NCBI GenBank assembly: GCA_038060895.1 | Contig: JBBTCT010000022.1 | Location: forward strand, 345,067-409,066 | Length of the DNA: 64,000 bases | Reading direction: 5' to 3' | Origin: Planctomycetota bacterium | GTDB lineage: Bacteria > Planctomycetota > MHYJ01 > WSZJ01 | In this document: in pieces, positions 48,824 through 57,456 of the stretch | How positions within the stretch are numbered: the first letter of the stretch is position 1 | How the letters are laid out: each line of letters opens with the position of its first letter | Notes under the pieces: model-generated | The model's input: the letters and a program-made list of their open reading frames with translations, nothing else | What the model was told of the DNA's origin: nothing | The model's database searches: none | Translations under genes and position numbers: made by a program

Positions 48824-49846
48824 CTACGCGCTGCGAGGCACGGCCAGTCCTTCCGCCCCGGGGAGAGGGCCGCGGTCCTCGAAGCCGCTCTTCGTTCGCA
48901 GATGCAGAGTCGTCCGCCATTCGAGCCCCGCCGCGGTTTCGAACACGCGGTGCACGAGGAGGGCGTCCTGGGGAAGCGGCGCGAGCGGGCCGTGGCCGCT
49001 CCGAACCCATTCTTCGGGGAGGAAGTCCCGCAGGACCGCCGTCCCGGCCCGCGCTTCGAGGACGTCCCCATGCGCAAACCGCCGCACGCGCCCGCCGGGC
49101 ACGTGGATATGCCCGGTGAGGAGGATGCGGAAGCGGTGGCGTGCGACGAAGCGATCGAGGGCGGCGCGGCTGCCGCGTGCGAGGCCGAGCTGCGGCCCGA
49201 GGTGGACGGGGGAGTGGTGGAGGAGGAGGACGCGGACTTCGTCGGCGCCGGGGGCGGGAAGGGCCTTCGCGAGTTTGCGGAGTTGGGAGCGGAAGGCGCC
49301 GCGGGCGAGCGCGCGCGAGGGGCCCCATCCCCAGACATCTGCGTCGCTGTCGATGCCGGCGAAGAGGAGCGAGCGGCCGCCGCGGAGAGCGAGGCGGCGT
49401 GGCGGGACTGGCAACGCGCCGAACGCGCGGCGGACCGCGGGGTCGCACCGCCCGAAAACGTGTCCGTTTCCCGGCCAGTGGTCGTGGTTGCCGGGGACGG
49501 CGAGCTCGAGGGCGGTCGGGTCGTCGAGGCCGACGGGACCGCCCGGCGTGTCGAGGCGCGAGCGGAAATAGCGGTCGGCCAGTGCGAGCTGCCGGGCGCC
49601 GCCCCAGCGAGTGAGGTCGCCGGTGTGGATCAGTCGCGCCCCTTCATCCTCGCGAAGACGCCCGTAGAACGCGGCGAGCTGCGCCAGCGCGACGTGCGTG
49701 TGGCCGAAGAAACCGTAGAAGTGCCCGCCTTTCTCCCATCGCCGGCGGACGCTCTCGTCCAGCGCCGCGTCTCCCGTGCGAGGATCAAGATCGCCGATGT
49801 GCGTGTCGGAGACGTGGACGAAAGTCGCGAGCCGGTGTTCGACCAT
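48824..49846 (-). CDS. Calcineurin-like metallophosphoesterase
   Basis: SDTH, TGDL, PGNHD, LHH, GHIH. Confidence 0.85.
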   Translation of the reverse strand: MVEHRLATFVHVSDTHIGDLDPRTGDAALDESVRRRWEKGGHFYGFFGHTHVALAQLAAFYGRLREDEGARLIHTGDLTRWGGARQLALADRYFRSRLDTPGGPVGLDDPTALELAVPGNHDHWPGNGHVFGRCDPAVRRAFGALPVPPRRLALRGGRSLLFAGIDSDADVWGWGPSRALARGAFRSQLRKLAKALPAPGADEVRVLLLHHSPVHLGPQLGLARGSRAALDRFVARHRFRILLTGHIHVPGGRVRRFAHGDVLEARAGTAVLRDFLPEEWVRSGHGPLAPLPQDALLVHRVFETAAGLEWRTTLHLRTKSGFEDRGPLPGAEGLAVPRSA

Positions 49847-49910
49847 CGGTGGAGATATATGGTAAGAAAAATCAGCGGGTTTCGCCGGGCGGGGTCTTTA
49901 TGATCCGTCC

Positions 49911-50468
49911 ATGAAGCGACTCGCGGTCTGTCTCCTGCTGGCCGGCTGTTCCGGTGGCGCCTCGAATGCACCCGAGGAACGCTGGACCGGGCACATCGTT
50001 TCCGTGCAGAGCGCCGCGTTCAAGGACGCCGCCCCGATCCCGAAGAAGCACGCCGCACGCGGCGAAGGCGACAACCTCTCGCCGCTTCTCACCTGGTCCA
50101 ATCCTCCGGCCGGCGTCGAGGAGTGGGCGCTGATCTGCGAAGAGCGCGACTTTTCCGGCGACGCGCAGGTCCACTGGGTGATCTACGGGATCATGAAGGA
50201 CGCCAAGGGCCTGCCCGAGGGAGTGCCCCAGGAGGAAGAGCTGGCGCGCCCTGCCGGCGCGCGGCAGGGGGACAACTCGTGGGGCGACACCGGGTATCGC
50301 GGGCCGAATCCGTCGCGCGGGGATGAGCCGCACAAGTACCGGTTCATCGTGTATGCGCTGAAGAAGAAGCTCGAGCTGCCGGCCGGGGCCACGGCGGGGG
50401 AGTTGAGGGAGGCGATGAAGGGTTCCGTCATCGGGCGCGGGGAAGTGGCGGGGACTTACCAGAGGTAG
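49911..50468 (+). CDS. YbhB/YbcL (PEBP) family lipoprotein
   Basis: Lipobox LAGC; NLSPLLTW, VHWVIY, GY.GP.P, H.Y.F.VYAL. Confidence 0.88.
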   Translation: MKRLAVCLLLAGCSGGASNAPEERWTGHIVSVQSAAFKDAAPIPKKHAARGEGDNLSPLLTWSNPPAGVEEWALICEERDFSGDAQVHWVIYGIMKDAKGLPEGVPQEEELARPAGARQGDNSWGDTGYRGPNPSRGDEPHKYRFIVYALKKKLELPAGATAGELREAMKGSVIGRGEVAGTYQR

Positions 50469-50473
50469 GTCGT

Positions 50474-50593
50474 TGTCGTATCCGCGGCTGTTTCCGCGAG
50501 ATCCGCTTTGATCCGCGTACGGATTTTTTCAGAAACGGCTACAGCCTTACGCGGATGAAAGCTGATTCAGCGGAAACGGCCGCGGATACGGCA
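50474..50593. repeat. Inverted doublet of the approximately 45-bp family B unit
   Basis: Arms 50474-50519 and 50548-50593; the right arm aligns without gaps to the left arm of 10401-10496. Confidence 0.8.
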
Positions 50594-50607
50594 CCAGAAC
50601 TTCGGCC

Positions 50608-53148
50608 CTACTTCGCCTTCATCCGCTCCTCAATCTTCGACAGCCGGTTCCGCAGCTGCCGGTTCTCTTCCCGCATCGCTTCCATTTCCTTCCTCACGTC
50701 CTTCATGTCCCCCCGCGCCGCCGACTTGTCCTTCAGCTTCTTCAGCGACTGCCGCCCGACGCGCCCGATGATGTTCAGCGGCTCGCGCTCGACCGCTTCT
50801 TCGAGCGCCGTCGTGACCTTCGGATCCTCCACCAGTCCCAGGTTTTCCATCGCGCCGCGGCGGATCTGGTGGGCGGGGTCGCGGAGAGCGGCGATGAAGT
50901 GGTCGCGAACCGGACCCTTCTTTTCCTTTTCGATCTCGGCGTACATTCCGGCCAGGCAGGTGTTCGCCGAGTTGCGCGCGAACACCGTCGAGGGCGCCCT
51001 CCCCGACTTCAGGGCGAGGGCCACCGCCTTCGGGTCCTTCAGCTCCTTCAGCCCCGTGAACGCCGCCACCCGGAGCATGTCGTTGTGCGCGTCGCGCTTG
51101 AGTGCCGCGGACAGGACCGCAAGCGCCTTCTTCGACTTCGTCTTGCCGATGTTGCGGAGGGCGGCTGCGGCGACCTGGGGGAAGCGGTCGCGGGACAGTT
51201 CGACAAGCTTCGAGGCGGCCTTCTCGTCCTGGAATGAGCCGAGGGCGTCGGCGACCGACGCTCGGACGCGCGGGTCGGCGTCCTTCGACGACGCGAGCAG
51301 AACGGCCAGCGCGTTGTCGGTCCCCATCTTGCCCAGCACTCCGGAGATCTCCTGCCTCACGCCGCGAAACGTCTCACGCTTCATCGATGCTGCCAGCGCT
51401 TCGACCGCAGCCGGATCCCCCGAGTGCTTCGCCAGCTGTGCGGCCGCGGCGACGCGGTTCATGGGGGTCGGGCCGTGCTCGAGCTGGAAGAGCAGCTCTT
51501 CCTTCGGTTTCTCAAATTTCGCGGTCTTCAGGAGGATCGTGTCCGGGTCGAACGCAACGATCTGGGGTTTCTCGTCGCAAGGGAAGTGGAACAGGTGCTC
51601 CGCCTCCTCGATATTGACGCGATGCGTCAATTTCGACTTGCCTGCCTGCACGAAGACGTCGAGGGGCGTGCGGAAGACGGGGGTCAGCTCATCCACTTTC
51701 TGGGTCTGCCTGACCTTCAGCGAAACCAGCTTCGCGCCGGCGTCGTACTCCCACGACACTTCGAACTCGGGATGCCCGCCGCTGTGCACCCACTGCTTGA
51801 AGAACCAGTCCAGGTGGATGCCGGTCGCCTCTTCAATCGCCACCTTCAGGTCGGTCGTCTCCACCACCTGCCGCTGGTGCTTGTGCGCGTAGTGCTTCAT
51901 CGACTTCCACCACAGCTCCTCGCCCAGCATCCACCGCAGCATGTGCAGGACGCAGGAGCCCTTCTGGTACGAGTGGCAGTCGAACATGTCGCTCGTGTCG
52001 TCGTACCTCGGCGAAACGATCGGGCGGCGGTACTTCTCGGCATCTTCCTTGAGGTAGGCGCGCGCGTTCCCGAGCATCTCGTAGCGGAATTCGTCGAGGC
52101 CCAGGTTGTGTTCGGTGAAGAGCGCCTCGAAGTAGGTCGCGAAGCCTTCGTTCAGCCAGGTGTGTGACCAGCTCTTGCAGGTGAGGAGGTCGCCCCACCA
52201 CTGGTGGGCGGCTTCGTGCGCGACGAGGGGGTCGCTGTCGTAGTACGGGCGGAACGAAGCGGGGATCAGCGCGCGATCCGTGATCGTGGTGATCGTCGTG
52301 TTCTCCATCCCGCCCCACATGAAGTCGGTGATCACGACCTGGTCGTACTTCGGGTACGGGTACGGGAGGCCGATCTTGTCGCTGAAGAACTTCAGGACTT
52401 TCCCCGTCTCCTGGAATGTCGGCCGGAGCATCGCCGCCTGCGGCTTCGCGACGTAGTAGCCGAGCGGCACGCCGGCGACGGTTTCCTTGACCTCCGCGAA
52501 CTCGCCGACAGCGATGCACAGCAGGTACGTGACCTGCGGCGTCTCCATCTTCCAGTGGAACGTCTTCTGCTTCTTCCCCTTCTCGTCCGTCACCTTCGAG
52601 AGCTTCCCGTTCGACAGCGCGATGCAGTTCGCGGCAACGGTCAGGTTGACTTCCCACGTCATCTTGTCGTTCGGGGAGTCGTAGCACGGGAACCAGTGCT
52701 TGCTGTCCTCCTGCTGCCCCTGGCTCCACACCTGCCGCGGTTTTTTCGGGTAGTCCTTAACCGGCTCGATGAAGTAGAGGCCCTTCGTCGGGTTCGCCTC
52801 GTAGCTCACGGTCACGCTGAAGCTCTCGCCGTCGGCGCCGTTCTTGCCGAGCTCGACGATCAGTTTTTCCGCGTGCGTCTGGAACGCCGCCTTCTTCCCG
52901 CCCACCGTCACGCCGCTGACGCGCAGGTCTACTGCGTCAAACTCGATCCGGGCGGCCGGCCGCAGCAATTTCAGCGTCGTCGCCGCCGAACCCTTCACGT
53001 GCTTCTTCACCAGGTCCACCGCGAGGTCCAGCTTCAGATGCTCCGCGTCATACCACCGGTCGCGGATCGGGCGCTCTTTCGAGCCGGTCTCGGTGAAGGG
53101 CTTGTGGCCATTGCCGTTATTGGGGTCGGGTTTGTAGCCGAGGCACAT
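50608..53148 (-). CDS. pepN: M1 family aminopeptidase with HEAT repeats and coiled-coil tail
   Basis: GGMEN, HEAAH..WLNEGFA, YQKG; HEAT_2-like repeats. Confidence 0.9.
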   Translation of the reverse strand: MCLGYKPDPNNGNGHKPFTETGSKERPIRDRWYDAEHLKLDLAVDLVKKHVKGSAATTLKLLRPAARIEFDAVDLRVSGVTVGGKKAAFQTHAEKLIVELGKNGADGESFSVTVSYEANPTKGLYFIEPVKDYPKKPRQVWSQGQQEDSKHWFPCYDSPNDKMTWEVNLTVAANCIALSNGKLSKVTDEKGKKQKTFHWKMETPQVTYLLCIAVGEFAEVKETVAGVPLGYYVAKPQAAMLRPTFQETGKVLKFFSDKIGLPYPYPKYDQVVITDFMWGGMENTTITTITDRALIPASFRPYYDSDPLVAHEAAHQWWGDLLTCKSWSHTWLNEGFATYFEALFTEHNLGLDEFRYEMLGNARAYLKEDAEKYRRPIVSPRYDDTSDMFDCHSYQKGSCVLHMLRWMLGEELWWKSMKHYAHKHQRQVVETTDLKVAIEEATGIHLDWFFKQWVHSGGHPEFEVSWEYDAGAKLVSLKVRQTQKVDELTPVFRTPLDVFVQAGKSKLTHRVNIEEAEHLFHFPCDEKPQIVAFDPDTILLKTAKFEKPKEELLFQLEHGPTPMNRVAAAAQLAKHSGDPAAVEALAASMKRETFRGVRQEISGVLGKMGTDNALAVLLASSKDADPRVRASVADALGSFQDEKAASKLVELSRDRFPQVAAAALRNIGKTKSKKALAVLSAALKRDAHNDMLRVAAFTGLKELKDPKAVALALKSGRAPSTVFARNSANTCLAGMYAEIEKEKKGPVRDHFIAALRDPAHQIRRGAMENLGLVEDPKVTTALEEAVEREPLNIIGRVGRQSLKKLKDKSAARGDMKDVRKEMEAMREENRQLRNRLSKIEERMKAK

Positions 53149-53227
53149 GGTGGCGGAAAGACCTCAGTGAGGGAGGGGGAGGATTGTGCCGGGGGGGTGG
53201 GAAAAGAGCGAGAAGTCGAGGATGGAA

Positions 53228-53322
53228 ACTCCAACCCCGAACCGTGCCGGTCATTTTGGGGTTGGGGTCCACCTACGCGCTTCGCGCTTCGGCGGACGAC
53301 TTGGAGTTGGGATTTGGAGTTG
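53228..53322. repeat. Composite REP-like element (ttggagt-type heptamers with a nested hairpin)
   Basis: actccaaccccgaa/ttttggggttggggt inverted arms, gtccacctacgcgcttcgcgcttcggcggac hairpin, ttggagttgggatttggagttg. Confidence 0.55.
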
Positions 53323-53464
53323 TCGGTCCTCCGTTCTGGGGCGAAGCGCGGGGCACGACGCCCCGGACTGGCCCAAAAAGGGGTGCGTTCCGTGTATCAG
53401 AGTTCCTGCGCATTTGATTCATAAGATGTTAATGAGCAATGACTTGTGTCATATGCATCCAGGC

Positions 53465-53480
53465 TGGCACCAATTCTGCT
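53465..53480 (+). promoter_or_regulatory. Sigma54 (-24/-12) promoter
   Basis: TGGCAC-caatt-CTGCT (GG-N10-GC), preceded by an AT-rich IHF-like tract at about 53412-53445. Confidence 0.65.
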
Positions 53481-53716
53481 TACTGCATCCTTCGTTCACT
53501 GACGTTGAGTTCGCCGCCGAACGCGGCCAACTCGCTTCCCCCGAAAGGGGAAGGTTGAAGGGAAGGGCCGGAAACGAAGGTCACCGCCTGATGCACGATC
53601 GAGGGGGAAAAGTCATGAGAGCCTGGATCCGCGGCCGTCCCGACCGCAAGACCTGACCGATTTCAACGTGATCCCGAACCGTCCTTCGACATCCCACTGC
53701 TGACCCCGAGAAACCC

Positions 53717-54154
53717 ATGAACACCCACCCCACCACCCGCTTCGCTCGATCCGGTCACGGCGCCGCCTGCGCCCTGACCCTCGCGCTGATCGCGGGACTC
53801 GCCACCCTGGCGAACGTGGGAATCGCGGTGGTTGCGAAGCGCCCCGAAGGGCCCGCCCCGGTCGCCTTGACCATGGCCGACCCGACCGCGCAGCTTCTCG
53901 ACGCCGTCCGCAACGGGTCGCTCGAACCGACCGCCGCGCGCGCCGAATTCGCGAAGCTCGTCCCCGCGCTCGCCGCCGTCGCTTCCAGCGACAACGACCC
54001 CCGCCAGGCCGAAGCGATCGTCGCGCTCGGCCTTGCGGGGACGGATGAAGCCTGCGCCGCGCTGCGAGCGATCGTCGATTGCGGGTCGCCGGCGGATGCT
54101 GAACTCGCGCTCGCGGCGCTCGCCTCCGCTTCGCACGCCTGCGCGATCCCGTAA
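53717..54154 (+). CDS. Membrane-anchored Ala-rich (HEAT-like) hypothetical protein
   Basis: ORF with a TM segment; the N-terminus HPTTRFARSG is encoded by a degenerate family A repeat (53725-53755). Confidence 0.65.
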   Translation: MNTHPTTRFARSGHGAACALTLALIAGLATLANVGIAVVAKRPEGPAPVALTMADPTAQLLDAVRNGSLEPTAARAEFAKLVPALAAVASSDNDPRQAEAIVALGLAGTDEACAALRAIVDCGSPADAELALAALASASHACAIP

Positions 54155-54190
54155 CGGGGGATTTGCGCCGCGCTGAACGGGCAATGTCGC

Positions 54191-54239
54191 TTGACGAATG
54201 TCGGCGAATGCGGGATACTTAGTGTACAAGTTACACTTA
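54191..54239 (+). promoter_or_regulatory. nadA promoter with NrtR-type operator
   Basis: TTGACG-N17-GATACT; 21-bp palindrome TTAGTGTACAAGTTACACTTA (54219-54239) with a GT-N7-AC core overlapping the start site. Confidence 0.75.
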
Positions 54240-54263
54240 GTGTCCGTCGTCAAGAGGCCCACC

Positions 54264-55415
54264 ATGCTCTCTTCCCAGCCACTCCCGGAACCCTGGGCCT
54301 CCCTCCCCGAGGCCGAAACACTCGAGCGCATCGTGCGCGCCAAGGCCGCACTCGGCAAAAAGCTCTTCATCCTCGGCCATCACTACCAGATGGACGAAAT
54401 CATCCGCTTCGCCGACGCCCGCGGCGATTCGTACCGTCTGTCGCAGATCGGGTCGCAGCAGACCGAAGCGCAGTACATCGTTTTCTGCGGCGTGCACTTC
54501 ATGGCGGAGTCGGCGGACATCCTCGCGCAGCCGGGACAGCAGGTGATTCTGCCGGACCTCGCGGCGGGGTGCTCGATGGCGGACATGGCGACCGCGGACC
54601 AGACGGAAGACGCGTGGGAGACGCTGGAGTCGCTTTCTCCCGGCCGGAACATCCCGCTCACTTACATGAACTCTTCGGCGGCCATCAAGGCGTTCGTCGG
54701 GAAGCACGGCGGTTCCGTGACGACGTCGTCGAACTGCCGCACGGCGTTCGAGTGGGCGTGGGAGCAGCGTGACAAGATCCTTTTCATTCCCGACGAGCAC
54801 CTCGGCCGGAACACCGCGTTCGCGATGGGCGTGCCGCTGGCGAAGATGGCGGTGTGGAACCCGCACCTGCCTCAGGGCGGGCTGACGGACAAGGAGATCA
54901 AGGCCGCGAAGATCATCCTGTGGAAGGGCTGCTGCTCGGTGCACCAGAAGTTCGGCGTGGCGGACGTGCCGCGCGTGCGCGAGGCGCTTCCGGGCGTGAA
55001 GGTCATCGTGCACCCCGAGTGCCGCTATGGGGTCTGTCAGCTCGCGGACTTCGTGGGCTCGACGGACTTCATCATCAAGACGATCACGGCGGCGCCGGCG
55101 GGTTCGAAGTGGGCCGTAGGCACCGAGATCCACCTGACGAACCGGCTCGCGCAGGAGAACCCGGACAAGACGATCGTGTCGCTCGCGGGGATCCAGTGCC
55201 TCTGCTCGACGATGTTCCGCATTGATCCGCCGCATCTGCTCTGGGTGCTCGAGAACCTTCTCGAAGGGCGCGTCGTGAACCGCATCGTCGTCGAGCCCGA
55301 GACCAAGCACTGGGCGCAGGTCGCGCTCAACCGGATGCTCGGCCTCAAGGCGAAGACGATCGCGCCGCAGAAACCGACGGCGCCCGCGGTCGCAGCGACG
55401 GCCGCCTCGGATTAG
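54264..55415 (+). CDS. nadA: Quinolinate synthase
   Basis: LGHHYQ, FCGVHFMAE, AGCSMA, YMNS, CSVH, HPEC, CLCSTM. Confidence 0.95.
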   Translation: MLSSQPLPEPWASLPEAETLERIVRAKAALGKKLFILGHHYQMDEIIRFADARGDSYRLSQIGSQQTEAQYIVFCGVHFMAESADILAQPGQQVILPDLAAGCSMADMATADQTEDAWETLESLSPGRNIPLTYMNSSAAIKAFVGKHGGSVTTSSNCRTAFEWAWEQRDKILFIPDEHLGRNTAFAMGVPLAKMAVWNPHLPQGGLTDKEIKAAKIILWKGCCSVHQKFGVADVPRVREALPGVKVIVHPECRYGVCQLADFVGSTDFIIKTITAAPAGSKWAVGTEIHLTNRLAQENPDKTIVSLAGIQCLCSTMFRIDPPHLLWVLENLLEGRVVNRIVVEPETKHWAQVALNRMLGLKAKTIAPQKPTAPAVAATAASD

Positions 55416-55448
55416 GCCGCCCGGCCGCGAATCGTTAGCATGGGCGCC

Positions 55449-56378
55449 ATGCGCTTCTCCACGCTGGCGATCGTCGCGGCTGCCGTCCTCTGCGCCTGCG
55501 AACCCAAATCGCCGTCCGGCGGCGGCCCTGCCGTCCCCGCGACTCCGTTCGGAGAAGCATTCCAGATCCGTTTCACGTGGACTCCCACGGTCGGGGCGGT
55601 TGAGGAAGCGGAGTTCCGCACGATGATGGTCGCGCACTCAAAGGTCCGCGCGAACGGGAAGGAGCAGGCGGTCGACGTGGAGCAAGGATTCGAGTTCGCG
55701 TTCACGGAGGAGACGCTCAAGGTAGACGGGCGCGTTGCTTCTGAGGTGAGGCGCAAGTTTTCAAAGGCTGCGATCTCGAGATCCGGGAAGCGCGAGACGC
55801 TAGGAGTCCAGGGTAAGTCGCTTGGGGGGAAGAGCGATCAGGGATCCTTCGTCTGGACGGTGGATTCGGGGGAACGGCTCAACGACCAGGACTACGGGTC
55901 CATGAGCGAGGGCCTCGGGAGGCGAGGCGGCTCGGGCGGAAAGGACGGATGCGTCGTCGACGAGGAGTTCGGGTCGGGCAAGGCGGTCAAGGTGGGTGAT
56001 TCGTGGCACCCGGATGCCGGCACGCTCGCGAAACTTTATGCGGACCCGGGCACGGAGGTCGATGCCGCGGCCTCGAGAATGACCTGCACGCTGAAATCCG
56101 CGGAGAAGCGTGGCGACGCGGTCTACGGCGCCGTTGACCTCGACCTGGATTTCAGCGTCGTGAAGTCCGGCGGAGGAGTTCTCAACGAGCCGCTTCATTT
56201 CATTCTGAAGGGGACCGTGACCGGCTGCCTCGACGGATCCCTGCCCGACGCGGCGCTGAAGGCCGCGATCACAATGAAGGGAACCCGCACGATCAGCCGC
56301 CCGGGCTCGAACCAGTCCATGGAGGTTGACTTCAACCTGCTGATCGAGCTCGACTCACGGCGCGCGCTGCGGAAATGA
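55449..56378 (+). CDS. Hypothetical lipoprotein
   Basis: Lipobox LCAC; beta-rich long ORF. Confidence 0.7.
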   Translation: MRFSTLAIVAAAVLCACEPKSPSGGGPAVPATPFGEAFQIRFTWTPTVGAVEEAEFRTMMVAHSKVRANGKEQAVDVEQGFEFAFTEETLKVDGRVASEVRRKFSKAAISRSGKRETLGVQGKSLGGKSDQGSFVWTVDSGERLNDQDYGSMSEGLGRRGGSGGKDGCVVDEEFGSGKAVKVGDSWHPDAGTLAKLYADPGTEVDAAASRMTCTLKSAEKRGDAVYGAVDLDLDFSVVKSGGGVLNEPLHFILKGTVTGCLDGSLPDAALKAAITMKGTRTISRPGSNQSMEVDFNLLIELDSRRALRK

Positions 56379-56394
56379 AACAGGAAGAGACCCG

Positions 56395-57456
56395 ATGAAC
56401 CTGGAACCCACGCACGGCCTGCTCACGATGGAAGAACTCCAGCTCGCCGCGCGCAACCGCGGAATCCCGCTCGAGGCGCTTCGCGACGACATTACGCCGA
56501 CGGCGCTCCACTACCTGCTCGTGCATTTCGACATCCCGGCCATCGACCCGGCGACGTGGCAACTCGACCTGGGCGGTCACGTGGAACGATCGCTGTCGCT
56601 GTCGCTCGAGGACCTGCGCGAGAGGCCGCGCCGCGAATTTCCGGTCACGATCGAGTGCGCCGGCAACGGCCGCGCGCTCCTGTCGCCTCGGCCGATCAGC
56701 CAGCCTTGGCTCAACGAGGCCGTGAGCACGGCGGTGTGGGCGGGCACGCCGCTCGCGCCGCTTCTCAAGGAGGCCGGCGTCAAGCCGGGCGCGGTCGACG
56801 TGGTGTTCACGGCGGCGGACCATGGAATCGAAAAGGGATACGAGCACGACTACGCACGAAGCCTGACGGTCGCCGACGCGACGCGCCCCGAGGTCCTGCT
56901 GGCGTACGAGATGAACGGGCGCGCGCTCGAGTCGCAGCACGGCGCGCCCCTCCGCGTCGTCGTCCCCGGCTGGTACGGAATGGCGCAGGTCAAGTGGCTG
57001 AAGAGGATCGACGTGCAGTCGACGCCGTTCGACGGGTATCAACAGAAAGTCGCGTACCACTTCAAGAAGGACAAGGCCGATCCCGGCACTCCGGTCACGC
57101 GCATCCGGCCGCGAGCGCTTCTGATCCCGCCCGGCTTTCCCGAGTTCCTTACGAGGACCCGGATCGTCGAGAAGGGCCGGGTCGCGATCCGTGGCCGGGC
57201 GTGGTCCGGCGAAGGCGCGGTTTCCCGCGTTGAGTTCGGCGTCAACGGCGTGTGGACGAAGGCGCTTCTCAGCGAGCCCGTCGGCCCGTTCGCGTGGACC
57301 AAGTGGGGTTGCGACTGGGACGCGAAGCCGGGAGAGTACGTGCTGTCGTGCCTCGCGACGGATTCCGCGGGCAACGTGCAGCCCGCCGGGCAGAACTGGA
57401 ACTACGCGGGGGCGGGCAACAACATGGCGCAGGACGTGCGCGTCACGGTGAGATGA
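56395..57456 (+). CDS. Sulfite oxidase-family molybdoenzyme
   Basis: IECAGNGR, LAYEMNG, HGAPLRVVVPGWYG..VKWL, C-terminal Mo-co dimer domain; no signal peptide. Confidence 0.9.
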   Translation: MNLEPTHGLLTMEELQLAARNRGIPLEALRDDITPTALHYLLVHFDIPAIDPATWQLDLGGHVERSLSLSLEDLRERPRREFPVTIECAGNGRALLSPRPISQPWLNEAVSTAVWAGTPLAPLLKEAGVKPGAVDVVFTAADHGIEKGYEHDYARSLTVADATRPEVLLAYEMNGRALESQHGAPLRVVVPGWYGMAQVKWLKRIDVQSTPFDGYQQKVAYHFKKDKADPGTPVTRIRPRALLIPPGFPEFLTRTRIVEKGRVAIRGRAWSGEGAVSRVEFGVNGVWTKALLSEPVGPFAWTKWGCDWDAKPGEYVLSCLATDSAGNVQPAGQNWNYAGAGNNMAQDVRVTVR

